DNA of 47,014 nt, counting the filler, from an uncultured virus (IMG/VR IMGVR_UViG_2049941000_000885) (lineage: Duplodnaviria; Heunggongvirae; Uroviricota; Caudoviricetes). It is 15 parts of one record of this genome, joined end to end, with 100 filler letters (N's around TTAATTAATTAA, not from the genome) between each part and the next. Parts side by side here need not be neighbours in the genome. Positions count along the whole stretch, not along the records: positions 10,452 to 13,609 come from IMGVR_UViG_2049941000_000885; positions 13,710 to 15,619 come from IMGVR_UViG_2049941000_000885; positions 15,720 to 16,132 come from IMGVR_UViG_2049941000_000885; positions 16,233 to 19,455 come from IMGVR_UViG_2049941000_000885; positions 19,556 to 23,669 come from IMGVR_UViG_2049941000_000885; 10 more parts are not named here. One strand, given 5' to 3'. Position 1 is the first letter of the stretch. Every line of letters begins with the position of its first letter. Positions 11,876 to 21,723 of the stretch are shown here, one piece after another. The position numbers were made by a program, and so were the translations under genes. Under the pieces are notes generated by a model. That model was not told the origin of the DNA, ran no database searches, and saw only the letters and a list, made by a program, of their open reading frames with translations.

Positions 11876-12380
11876 ATGGGCAGCAACACGAAAATTGACT
11901 GGTGCGACAGTTCATGGAACCCGGTCACGGGCTGTCTGCANNNNNNNNNNAGCGCCTCAGCATCGCTATCTTTTCTTGACCAAGAATCCGAATCGGTACA
12001 TTGAGCTTGCAAAGAAGGACATACTGCCACGCAAGCATTGGTACGGCTATTCGGCCACACGTGAAGATCAGCTTTGGAATTTTCACCATGCGGACGATTG
12101 CCCGTGCATCAACCTTTTTGTCAGTATTGAACCGATTCTGGAGCCTATGGCTCCGTGCTTTTCTACTCACACCCCGGCAGATTGGGTCATTATCGGAGCG
12201 GAAACCGGGCAAAGGAAAGACAAAGTGATTCCGAAAAAAGAGTGGATTGAGAACATCCTCTTGCCGTGCCTGTATTCTGGAATACCTGTCTTCATGAAAG
12301 AATCACTCAGGCCGATCATGGGTGAGGACTTCCGGCAGGAATATCCGTGGGAGGTAAAACATGCTGAAGACAGCCCGTGA
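11876..12380 (+). CDS. Phage gp37/gp68 (DUF5131) family protein (gapped)
   Basis: TKIDWCDSSWNPVTGC, FLTKNP, FVSIEPIL, DWVIIGAETG, PVFMK. Confidence 0.88.
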
Positions 12381-12558
12381 AAAAGCCATCTGTGCCAAAT
12401 ACAGCGCACAAGACAGCNNNNNNNNNNTTTCGTCCATTGTCACGAGTGCCCGCTTCAGGTTGGCGAGTTCAAATCCGACTGCATGTGCAAGGCGACCTGT
12501 CACTATAATAGGCACACGCGGGAATGGGAGTACGACGATTTCAAGGAGGATAAAGACG

Positions 12559-13088
12559 ATGAAGGTTAGTCTGATCTACGGACCGAGCGACCGTGAGCTG
12601 CTGCTGTTCAAGAGGTGCATCTGGGTCACAATGGGAAAGACGGAGAACCCGAAAATCCTTCCGTCAGAAAAGCTGCTGAAGGGTGCACTCAAAGCGCGGC
12701 ACAGCCCCATCCGCGTCCTGAATTTTGCGTTTTTGATCGAGGGCATACCTTCCAACATATCCACGCATCTGGCCCGTCACGTCCACGCTGTCCCCTTCAT
12801 CTCCAGTCTCCGCAACGACAGGCAGGAACGCATGGACGGAGACGCTGCCCGCAGGGACACGCCTGTTGATATGATCTACTACGTNNNNNNNNNNNNNNNN
12901 NNNAGGTCATCGCCAACAAGCGGCTCTGCATGAAGGCAAGTCAGAAGACACGGGAGGCTGTCATGGCGATGTGCGCTCTCGCGGAAAAAGCATTGCCTGA
13001 GATCGGCGAGTGCCTGATTCCAGCGTGTCAGTATCACGGCGGCCTGTGCTACGAAATCGAAGGCTGCGGAAAGTGCATGAAAGCATGA
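12559..13088 (+). CDS. ThyX-like (FAD-dependent thymidylate synthase fold) protein
   Basis: ARHSPIR, STHLARH...S.RNDR, ANKRLC, and C-terminal P.C.Y.GG.C.E...CG; signature diverged (RHVH rather than RHR). Confidence 0.65.
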
Positions 13089-13306
13089 GCGGCGACAAGG
13101 TTCCGCTCAGGAACGAAGAAGGCTATCTCGATCTGACTGCGCATGATGCCATGGTCAACGTCATGAACGAGAAACGGATGGACGAAGCGGATTATCGGCA
13201 CTGGCGGCTGATAAAAACGCTCCTAAACCTGATCGACCTGATGGGCTACGATCTGCTGTCCAGAATCGAAGTCAGGGACAGAAAAAGTGGGAGGACCTAC
13301 AAATGA
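13085..13306 (+). CDS. Conserved phage hypothetical protein
   Basis: RNEEGYLDLTA...GYDLLSRIEVRDRKSGR pattern; overlaps upstream stop. Confidence 0.6.
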   Translation: MSGDKVPLRNEEGYLDLTAHDAMVNVMNEKRMDEADYRHWRLIKTLLNLIDLMGYDLLSRIEVRDRKSGRTYK

Positions 13307-13609
13307 TAAGGCAGCCAGACGCAGAAGGAAAGTACCCGCTTTCCGGCAGAGAGTATTACGCGCTCAGGCAGTTGTTCGGAATTGCCAGTGGCTTTGAAAC
13401 CACGATGGGCGCTCTGGAAGATCGCGCGAAACTGATACCCGGAACGTGGCGCGACATGAAGATGATCTCGTCCGTCAGCGACAAAGCCATAACTGCCATC
13501 GTGAAGACTATTCCAGTCCGTAAGCTCCAGCATATCCTGACGGAGCTGAAGAACACTGTCGTCAGTGTTGAGGTGAGGGGGGGCGCCGGGCTACCAGTAT
13601 CGAGGCGGG
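13303..13609 (+). CDS. Hypothetical protein, fragment
   Basis: ORF with GGGAGG RBS, translationally coupled. Confidence 0.5.
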
Positions 13610-13709
13610 NNNNNNNNNNNNNNNNNNNNNNNNNNNNNNNNNNNNNNNNNNNNTTAATTAATTAANNNNNNNNNNNNNNNNNNNNNNNNNNNNNNNNNNN
13701 NNNNNNNNN

Positions 13710-13724
13710 ATAATGTGGTAAGAT
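13710..13724 (+). promoter_or_regulatory. Phage promoter family A copy 2 (-35 lost in gap)
   Basis: ATAATGTGG-TAAGAT-ATAGA matches the other two copies. Confidence 0.55.
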
Positions 13725-13776
13725 ATAGACATAAGGAACCCCACCACCCACCAACCATTATTTAGGAGGTACAGCC

Positions 13777-14106
13777 ATGACTACCACTTATACCAACAAC
13801 ATGTTCCACTTTGAACAGACCAGCCCCTGCGGTGGCTTTGTGGATGCTTACGTCAAGAAGGATAGCGACCTCGGACGGAAACTCACTCGGAACAACAAGG
13901 AAATGCTCGACAACATGGTCAAGCTGTTTGGCGATGCGAGCAAGGTTCCGGAGGGATTCATGCTCCACATCAATCAGCCTTCGGTGAAAGTCAATGGAAC
14001 CGAGTATATCTTCTACGATCACGCGACCTTCGGCGTGTGGGACCTCCGTCCAGAGGAAATCCGCAAGACCTGCAAGCGCTTCGTGAAGACCATCGAACGG
14101 CAGTGA
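13777..14106 (+). CDS. Hypothetical early protein
   Basis: AGGAGGT RBS, 109 aa ORF. Confidence 0.7.
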   Translation: MTTTYTNNMFHFEQTSPCGGFVDAYVKKDSDLGRKLTRNNKEMLDNMVKLFGDASKVPEGFMLHINQPSVKVNGTEYIFYDHATFGVWDLRPEEIRKTCKRFVKTIERQ

Positions 14107-14119
14107 GGAGGGCACGGAA

Positions 14120-14305
14120 ATGAAGTTTCAGGTAATGTACAGGTTCAACCTCGGCGGCAACCGCAGGGGAGAATGGCATTTCCTCTCTGAGCATACCGAC
14201 ATCATCAGCGCAAAGATGGCTGAAAGGTCCATGAAGAAGTACCTCGGTTACAAGGGCGGTAGTGTCAAGATCGTGACAGTAAAAGAGTTTTCCATGGATG
14301 ACTGA
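14120..14305 (+). CDS. Hypothetical early protein
   Basis: GAGGAGG RBS, 61 aa. Confidence 0.6.
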   Translation: MKFQVMYRFNLGGNRRGEWHFLSEHTDIISAKMAERSMKKYLGYKGGSVKIVTVKEFSMDD

Positions 14306-14488
14306 GAAAGGAGCAAACAAAATGAAATGGTTCGTAGTACGGAACGGGAGCATCGTTTTCAGTGGGAGCGAAAAAGAGTGCTCGGAGATCGTCGCAAATG
14401 ATATGAGCGGAGAACTGGAAATGTACCCAGCATCAGCGAAGACAGAATGGCCCTATTGAGAAGAGCCAACAAGCAAGGGGGGAAGATC

Positions 14489-14749
14489 ATGGAAAAGACC
14501 TATTTCGTTTCTGAGCTTGACGGTGAGAATACCGTCCATGAGTTCCCGGCTAACACCTCCATGGGAGAGTTCTTCTTCAAGGTCAGCAAGGCGATTTCCT
14601 TCAGCGACTGTTCAGGCGAGAACATCGTCGAGATCGTATTCCGGGACGAGGACTTCGAGTATCAGGGCTGGCGGCCCGGTGAGCTGTTCATCTACATTGG
14701 CTCGGAAGGCAGCACGTGGGATGGTTGCTATCCTGAGTTCGATCATTGA
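14489..14749 (+). CDS. Hypothetical acidic early protein
   Basis: RBS plus ORF in tightly packed array. Confidence 0.6.
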   Translation: MEKTYFVSELDGENTVHEFPANTSMGEFFFKVSKAISFSDCSGENIVEIVFRDEDFEYQGWRPGELFIYIGSEGSTWDGCYPEFDH

Positions 14750-14761
14750 GGAGGTGCGATT

Positions 14762-15217
14762 ATGGGACGTGGGAATTACTGCCCGTCAGGGGAATTGACC
14801 GATCAGTGGTATATCGACTACGACGGCTACGTCTGGGACGATGACGAGCATGAGGAATGGGAACGGGATTACGAGCTGCTGGAAGAGGATGTATGCCAGA
14901 TCATCGAGGCCATCGAAAAGCGGTTCCCGTCCTTCAGCTCCATCGACACGTGGGGAAGCAACTATTGGGGAGAGCATTTCCGTCTGGAGAACAAGTTCTT
15001 CCGCATCGGCACGGCTGACAACGAGTGGTCGCAGGCGGTGTTCATCCAGATGAAGGATGACCTCTGGCCGGAAGAGGTGAATCTTGCCAGCCATCACTTC
15101 CAGACGTATTGCGATGGCATCATGTCGATCATGCTTGACACCCTCGGAGAGATCAGCCTGAGATGCGGCGCGTGGTGCTCCAGAACGGTAAAGAAAGGGG
15201 AGGCGCTGGCGGTATGA
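14762..15217 (+). CDS. Hypothetical acidic early protein
   Basis: GAGGAGGTG RBS, 151 aa. Confidence 0.7.
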   Translation: MGRGNYCPSGELTDQWYIDYDGYVWDDDEHEEWERDYELLEEDVCQIIEAIEKRFPSFSSIDTWGSNYWGEHFRLENKFFRIGTADNEWSQAVFIQMKDDLWPEEVNLASHHFQTYCDGIMSIMLDTLGEISLRCGAWCSRTVKKGEALAV

Positions 15218-15619
15218 AGTACACGATGGAAGAATGGCGGCAGCAGCGGGAAAAGTTCAGAGAGATGACCTGCGACGGAAATGCAATCGACGACATGATG
15301 CGTCCGTACACCAAGAAGCTCTGGGAGGGCATCGAGGTCGGCGACGGCGTGACCGTCAACTACTGGACCGACCGCCACGCCTACACGGTCATAAAACGGA
15401 CGACGAAGACCCTGACCCTCCGCAGGTGCAAGGCGACCATCAGCCCAAGCTGGAAGCCTGAGTTCTATCCGGGCGGCTTCGCTGGGCACACGGCGAACAA
15501 CGCCGATCAGACCTACACCTACGAGGAGGACGAGAACGGCAGCATCGTGGTCGTCCATTGGTCAGAGAAGAAGTGCGGTTTTTTCTCAGGCTCGCTCTCG
15601 TGCAGCAGCCCCGGTCGGC
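15214..15619 (+). CDS. Hypothetical early protein (3' end in gap)
   Basis: ATGA overlap with upstream gene; VGDGVTVNYWTDRHAYTV. Confidence 0.65.
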
Positions 15620-16491
15620 NNNNNNNNNNNNNNNNNNNNNNNNNNNNNNNNNNNNNNNNNNNNTTAATTAATTAANNNNNNNNNNNNNNNNNNNNNNNNN
15701 NNNNNNNNNNNNNNNNNNNACACGTTCTGGAGCACGGACGGCAGAATGTGGGATGAGCTGCCGGACCTCATCAGGAAGATCGGAGATGCCGTCGCTAAGA
15801 TCACTGGCATGGGGCGCGAGGGTGTGGCTTCTTTGGTCGCGGATAAGCTCATGGACAGCGAGACCGAGCGACAGGCGTTCTTCAGGCGGTACGATATTCC
15901 GTCTGCATCTGATAACATCTGTTTGCAAATGCAAACAAGTGCGTGAAGGAGGAAACAGATATGATCGAGAAGTTCACCGAGGAAGAATTGGCTCAGATCA
16001 AAAAGGAGCTGAAGGAACGGGACAGCAAAAGCCAGAAGGAGTATCTGACCGACAGAGAAGTCAGGCGGTTGGAGATGTTATTCCCGCGTCAAGAGTATTC
16101 TCCGCAGGGCCTGTACCCGGCGAGTGAGCTGANNNNNNNNNNNNNNNNNNNNNNNNNNNNNNNNNNNNNNNNNNNNTTAATTAATTAANNNNNNNNNNNN
16201 NNNNNNNNNNNNNNNNNNNNNNNNNNNNNNNNGGTACAAAGAGTACGATCTGGACCGCAAGTTCGACGATCACAACGGCTTTAGTCGCCTCGATCAGTTG
16301 CCGGAAGGAGCGAAGCCGTTCCTCGGACTGAGCAACGGCAGCATTGTCACCTGTTACTTCACCAATGACGGCGAGACGATCAGGATTTACCGCCCGAATC
16401 CAAATTGCCCGGACATCTACAACCCGCTCCCGCTGAAGGAACACATCGCCCATCATAGGCGATTCGGCATCATCTGAGAGGAGGAAAGACA

Positions 16492-16764
16492 GTGGAAACT
16501 ATGCAGACCAAAGTCCGCTACTGGTACACGGAGGCGTATCAGCACGACGATCTGGGGCAGGAGATCGACCCGGACCTGACCTTCCAAGGGCTGTTCGATG
16601 CCCTCGACCATTACGAGGACGTGTACAAGGTGCTGGGCGTGGGCGACAGCCTCATCCGTGAAAACTGCTTCCTGAAGCTGTCTGAGATCATCGGCACCGA
16701 TTACGGGTACATCTACGACCAGTGGCTCAAAGGGGCCGGGATGAGGAGGAATCGCCGTGGGTAA
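16492..16764 (+). CDS. Hypothetical protein
   Basis: GAGGAGG RBS, 90 aa. Confidence 0.6.
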   Translation: METMQTKVRYWYTEAYQHDDLGQEIDPDLTFQGLFDALDHYEDVYKVLGVGDSLIRENCFLKLSEIIGTDYGYIYDQWLKGAGMRRNRRG

Positions 16765-17673
16765 GGATTTCGACATCTACGAGGTGATCGCAGACCGTAT
16801 GATCGCTGAAATGGAGAACGGCAGCATCCCGTGGATGAAGCCGTGGCTATCCGTCACGGAGGGAGCGGTGAAGTACAGGAACGGGGAACCGTACAGCCTG
16901 CTCAACCAGCTTCTGCTGGGCGAACCCGGCGAGTACCTGAGCTTCAAGGAGTNNNNNNNNNNGAGCGCGGCGGCAAGGTGAAGAAGGGCGCGAAGAGCAA
17001 GATGGTCGTGTTCTGGAAGTTCCTCACCTACGAGAAGAAGGACGAAGGAGGACACATCGTCTTCGACGATCAGGGCCGCGCACAGATCGAGATGGTCCCG
17101 TATCTGCGGTACAGCAACGTCTTCCACATCCGCGACTGCGAGGGCATCGAACCGAAGTGGGAGAAGGAGGTGAAGCTGAACGATATTCAGCCCGACGAAA
17201 AGGCCGAAGCCGTCCTCACAGATTACCTGAACAGGTCAGGCGTTGGCTTTATCAGCGAGAAGCAGAACCGGGCCTGCTACAGCCCCGTATTGGACCGTAT
17301 CATGCTGCCGCTCCGAGATCAATTCTCATCTACCCCGGAATATTACAGCACCGCATTTCATGAGGCTACGCACTCCACGGGCCATCCGCTCAGGCTGTGC
17401 CGCTTCGCCGCTGATTCCTCAGCAGCCGCCTTCGGCAGTGAGGACTATTCCAAGGAGGAGCTGGTGGCAGAGATCGGGGCTGCCGCCCTGATGCACGAGA
17501 TCGGTCTTTCCACAGCGGAGTGCTTCAGGAACAGCACAGCCTACGTCCAGAATTGGCTGAAGGCCCTGAAGGACGATAAGCACATGATCGTCAGCGCGGC
17601 TGGAAAAGCCGACAAAGCCGTCCGGCTGATCTTGAATATCCAGACCGAAGCAAATGACGGGCAAATGGCGTAA
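16757..17673 (+). CDS. ardC: ArdC-family ssDNA-binding/antirestriction protein with zincin-like domain
   Basis: IPWMKPW, YSLLNQLLL, RGGKVKKGAK, HEATHSTGH (HExxH), YSKEELVAEIGAA. Confidence 0.85.
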
Positions 17674-18598
17674 CCCCTATATATACAGTATTCGTAGGGG
17701 AAATATTCTGTAAAATACAATATTNNNNNNNNNNGAAATGCAGGAAGGAATCAGGAAGGAGACCGACGAGATGTCCGATGTCGTCAACACATCGCGGGAA
17801 GCTGAAGCACTCAGCATCTTGCGGATGCTCGACAAGGCCATCAAGGACGGTAAGGGCATCGAACAGTTCCAAGCCGAACTGGATGCCTACGTCGAAGGGT
17901 TGCAAAAGAAATAGGCCATCCGATGGAAGTTGAAAGGTCCCGGATGACCTAAGCGCAACAGGTAGGGGCTGCGCCCGCTCTGCCACAGCCCCTATTCTAT
18001 CACAGGTGGAGCAGGAAAGCAAGTAAAATCGGAGGTAGAGTATGGGAGAGTATTTCGATGGTCATAAGCTGGGAACGTGCTGCCATCTCATGTATGTCAC
18101 CANNNNNNNNNNNNNNNNNNNNNNNNNNNNNNNNNNNNNNNNNNNNNNNNNNNNNNNNNNNNNNNNNNNNNNNNNNNNNNNNNNNNNNNNNNNNNNNNNN
18201 NNNNNNNNNNNNNNNNNNNNNNNNNNNNNNNNNNNNNNNNNNNNNNNNNNNNNNNNNNNNNNNNNNNNNNNNNNNNNNNNNNNNNNNNNNNNNNNNNNNN
18301 NNNNNNNNNNNNNNNNNNNNNNNNNNNNNNNNNNNNNNNNNNNNNNNNNNNNNNNNNNNNNNNNNNNNNNNNNNNNNNNNNNNNNNNNNNNNNNNNNNNN
18401 NNNNNNNNNNNNNNNNNNNNNNNNNNNNNNNNNNNNNNAAACCCGGACGGCTACACGGTCTTCGCTACGGTCTGCTGTGATATGTGGTTCTCCTGCAATC
18501 GGGAGGAGATCGAGCGGTACATCTACCCCGATATGCTGTCTCGTGGTCTGGATTGGGAGGCTCAGTTCATCAAAGCTCGTGAAAACGTGTAGATTTTC

Positions 18599-18662
18599 GG
18601 AAAGTACCCGGAAAGTACCCGGAAAATACCCCTTTACAGCTCGAATCTTCGTGTGCTATAAT
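18599..18662 (+). promoter_or_regulatory. Putative late promoter with three upstream 11-bp direct repeats
   Basis: GGAAAGTACCC x2 plus GGAAAATACCC (18599-18631), then TTTACA-18bp-TGnTATAAT. Confidence 0.65.
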
Positions 18663-18772
18663 ATACTCACTCGAAAGAGCAGGGGTCAGTATAAGGGATT
18701 CCTGAGTAGGGTACTCCGTAAATCCTCTATAAGATAATGTTACACCTTAAAACCGAGAGGAGATACGCAGTA

Positions 18773-19273
18773 ATGCTCTATGTAAGCAGATTCTCAAATC
18801 CTGAGCTTCGCAGCGGGAAGTACACGGCTGTCAGAATCAGCATCGGCGCTCCAAAGTGGCCGCTGGGATATGAGGTCGCCGGAGAGATCAAGGACCTAAT
18901 GCCGTGGGGCCTGCTGAACAAGTTCAGCCATGAAGAGTTCGTTCCTCGGTACAGGGCGCGGCTCGACAGCATCGGCGTTGACCGCATCTGGGACAGCATC
19001 AAGCGGTTCGAGGCCATGGGAAAGCCAGTCGTGCTGCTGTGCTACGAGGATGTGAGAGTGCCAGGCCAGACCTGCCACCGCACGACGTTTGCCGAATGGT
19101 GGCTGGAGCAAACAGGAGAGATCATCGAAGAATTGCCTGACCCGACCACGCCGAAGACGGCGAAAAAGCCCGAGGAGAGTAAACCAGCGCTTCAGCCNNN
19201 NNNNNNNGAGCGAATCAGGGAGCGCGAAGCCGAGAACATGCAGATCAGTATGTTCGGTAACGCCGTCTGGTAA
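18773..19273 (+). CDS. DUF488-family protein
   Basis: VRISIGAPKW, VVLLCYE...CHR...AEWW motifs; GAGAGGAG RBS. Confidence 0.75.
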   Translation: MLYVSRFSNPELRSGKYTAVRISIGAPKWPLGYEVAGEIKDLMPWGLLNKFSHEEFVPRYRARLDSIGVDRIWDSIKRFEAMGKPVVLLCYEDVRVPGQTCHRTTFAEWWLEQTGEIIEELPDPTTPKTAKKPEESKPALQXXXXERIREREAENMQISMFGNAVW

Positions 19274-19308
19274 GCCCAGCAAGGGGAGTTAAATGCTCCC
19301 CGCTACAT

Positions 19309-19381
19309 ACGGAGGTCGTCTAAGAGAGGACGTTGGGTTCTCAGCCCGACAACGAAGGTTCAAACCCTTCCCTCCGGTCCA
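19309..19381 (+). tRNA. tRNA-Glu(CTC)-like gene, atypical
   Basis: Cloverleaf: acceptor CGGAGG/CCTCCG (A1-G72 mismatch), D-stem GTCT/GGAC, anticodon stem TTGGG/CCCGA with loop TT-CTC-AG, 4-nt variable loop, T-arm GAAGG-TTCAAAC-CCTTC, encoded CCA. Confidence 0.75.
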
Positions 19382-19383
19382 TT

Positions 19384-19416
19384 AAAAGAAGTCCGTTTGG
19401 TCGCGGGCTTCTTTTT
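19384..19416 (+). terminator. Intrinsic terminator-like hairpin after the tRNA
   Basis: AAAAGAAGTCCG-loop-CGGGCTTCTTTTT. Confidence 0.6.
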
Positions 19417-19719
19417 CATTTTCAAAAAGGAGGCGCGTCGGATGCCGACAACAGGNNNNNNNNNNNNNNNNNNNNNNNNNNNNNNNNNNNNNNNNNNNNT
19501 TAATTAATTAANNNNNNNNNNNNNNNNNNNNNNNNNNNNNNNNNNNNNNNNNNNNCGGGAAGACACCTACCGCGACTGCATCGTAACGTGGCTGAAGCGC
19601 TGGGGAGATAAAAAACGGGAGGAAGTAAAAAATGGAGATTCTGCTTGACATCGGAGCGGGCCTGAAGATCGCCAAGGTCAACGTCGAGGAACTGCGTGAG
19701 CAGGACCTGNNNNNNNNNN

Positions 19720-20296
19720 TCCTGACATGTTCGCCCAGATGGTCGAGCGGCTGACCGATGCGAAGTGCGACGCTTTCGTCTATTCGCAGAAGAACCTCGA
19801 CAAAATCCCGGAGGACGGATGGAAGACCGTGTATGCCCAGCCGTATGGCCCGGATAGGACCGATTACGTCGTGGCAAACCATCATACCAAGCAGAGCTAC
19901 GCGGTCCAATCGACCAAGGTTAAGCCCATCAAGATATACCAGATATACGACGACGAGGAGATCACGCCTGACACCAAGATCGAGTTCGTTCAGGTGGATG
20001 AGACGACCGCGCTGTACTACCGCGATCTGTTCGTCCATAAGCTCGGCACCACGACCGCCGAGGCGTTCTACCTCATGCTCATTGACGGCAAGGTAAACAC
20101 CGCTTTGGGCCTCAGTATGCGCGATGTGTTCACGCAAAAATCAAAATACATCGGCGAAGTCTTCGGCATCAGTCGCAGTTCTGTGAGGTATAAGAGGCTG
20201 GGCAAGCTGTTCATGATGTGCCTCACGTCCGGCGATTTCCTCAAAATGCTGATGAGCAAATACAACTTCGGTGTTCGTCAGCCCCTCGGCATCAAG
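19720..20296 (+). CDS. Putative phage DNA-modification protein, internal GNAT-like part (probable start 19442 MPTTG; probable C-terminus 19556-19648)
   Basis: ALYYRDLFVHKL...YLMLIDGK...YIGEVFGIS...RYKRLGKLFMMCL resembles a GNAT-like domain; DUF488/ParB/terminase context; pieces out of order. Confidence 0.5.
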
Positions 20297-20306
20297 NNNN
20301 NNNNNN

Positions 20307-20994
20307 CGCAGACCTGAATGAAATCTTCATCATTCTGGATGATACCGGGCTGTCTCAGGACGAGATCAGATCGAAGCAGTTGTCGCACAATTCGCTTCAG
20401 GGCGAAGACAACATGCAGTTGGTCAAGGAAATCTACGCCATGATCGAGGACGCTGACCAGAAGCTGTCGGCGTACATCGACGCTGATCTGGAGCTGATGT
20501 TCGACAAGGCGCAGGTCAAGGATGTCACGATTGACTTTGACATCAAGCACATCCTCGTCACGTTCCTGACCTACGAAAAGGCCGTGTTCGACCGGGCCGC
20601 TGAGAAGATCAACGGCAAGTACGATGAGCTGTACGTCGCCGACATGAAGCAGATCGAGCCGTTCACTCANNNNNNNNNNNNNNNNNNNNNNNNNNNNNNN
20701 NNNNNNNNNNNNNNNNNNNNNNNNNNNNNNNNNNNNNAGGAGTACGACATCCGCGCCACCTCCACCCTGTTCTCGAAGATGGCTGAGATCGTGCTTCAGC
20801 ATCTCGGCGAAGAGATCGACGAAGCCGAGCGCACAGCCATCCGTGACATCATCGGTACGGCGTACATCCCCACCGAGGCCGCTCAGACCATTCAGGCCGC
20901 CATCGACAAGATGAAGAAGAACGGCGAAATCACCAACGCCAACAAATGGCAGGCGCTCGAATACATGGCTGCGGACTACCTCGGCGGGCGCTGA
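20307..20994 (+). CDS. ParB-like protein (N-terminus at 19632-19709, MEILLDIG...LREQDL)
   Basis: LSQDEIRSKQLSHNSLQGED is the ParB-N C-terminal motif; directly upstream of terS. Confidence 0.65.
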
Positions 20995-21009
20995 GGAGTG
21001 TGATTTGCC

Positions 21010-21704
21010 ATGGCAGGAGCACCGCCGAAATTCAATCCNNNNNNNNNNNNNNNNNNNNNNNNNNNNNNNNNNNNNNNNNNNNNNNNNNNNNNNNNNNNNN
21101 NNNGTGGGCGTTCTCTCTTGCCTGCGACGGCAGGACGGAAGAAGAGATCGCCGATGCGATGCACGTCTCCAGAATGACCATCGACCGATGGAAGCACGTC
21201 TGGGAGAAAAAAGAAGAAGTAGTCCGTGACAAAGAGGGCAATCCCGTTCTCGATGAAGACGGAAAGCCGAAGAAGAAGACGAAGATGGTCCCCGTCCTCG
21301 ACGAGAACGGCGAGAAAAAGCTGTCTGAGTTCGGCCAAGAGCTGTTCCGTGGAAAGAGCGTCGCGGATGCTCAGATGGAGCAGAGCCTTTTCAAGTCCGG
21401 CACGGGCTACACCATCGAGGAAAAAGAAGAAATCGTCGAGGTCGGAAAGGATGGCAGACCCAAGCCACTGAAGATCAGGAAGACGACAAAGTATGTCCAG
21501 CCAAACGTCATGGCTCAGATATACTGGCTGAACAACCGCAGCCGCAATACAGGAAAATGGAGACAGAAGCAGGAGGTCGCTGTCGAGGGAACGATCGACG
21601 TGAAAGCCCAAGATCAGAAGATCAGGGACGCTCTCGACAATCTGACCGACGAGCAGCTTGAACAGTACGAGGCCCTGTGTGAGACGATGAATCCGCAGAC
21701 CTGA
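21010..21704 (+). CDS. Terminase small subunit-like protein
   Basis: HTH (TEEEIADAMHVSRMTIDRW), ADAQMEQSLF, PNVMAQIYWLNNR; directly upstream of terL. Confidence 0.75.
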
Positions 21705-21723
21705 CCTGAAGGGAGGGTCCGCT

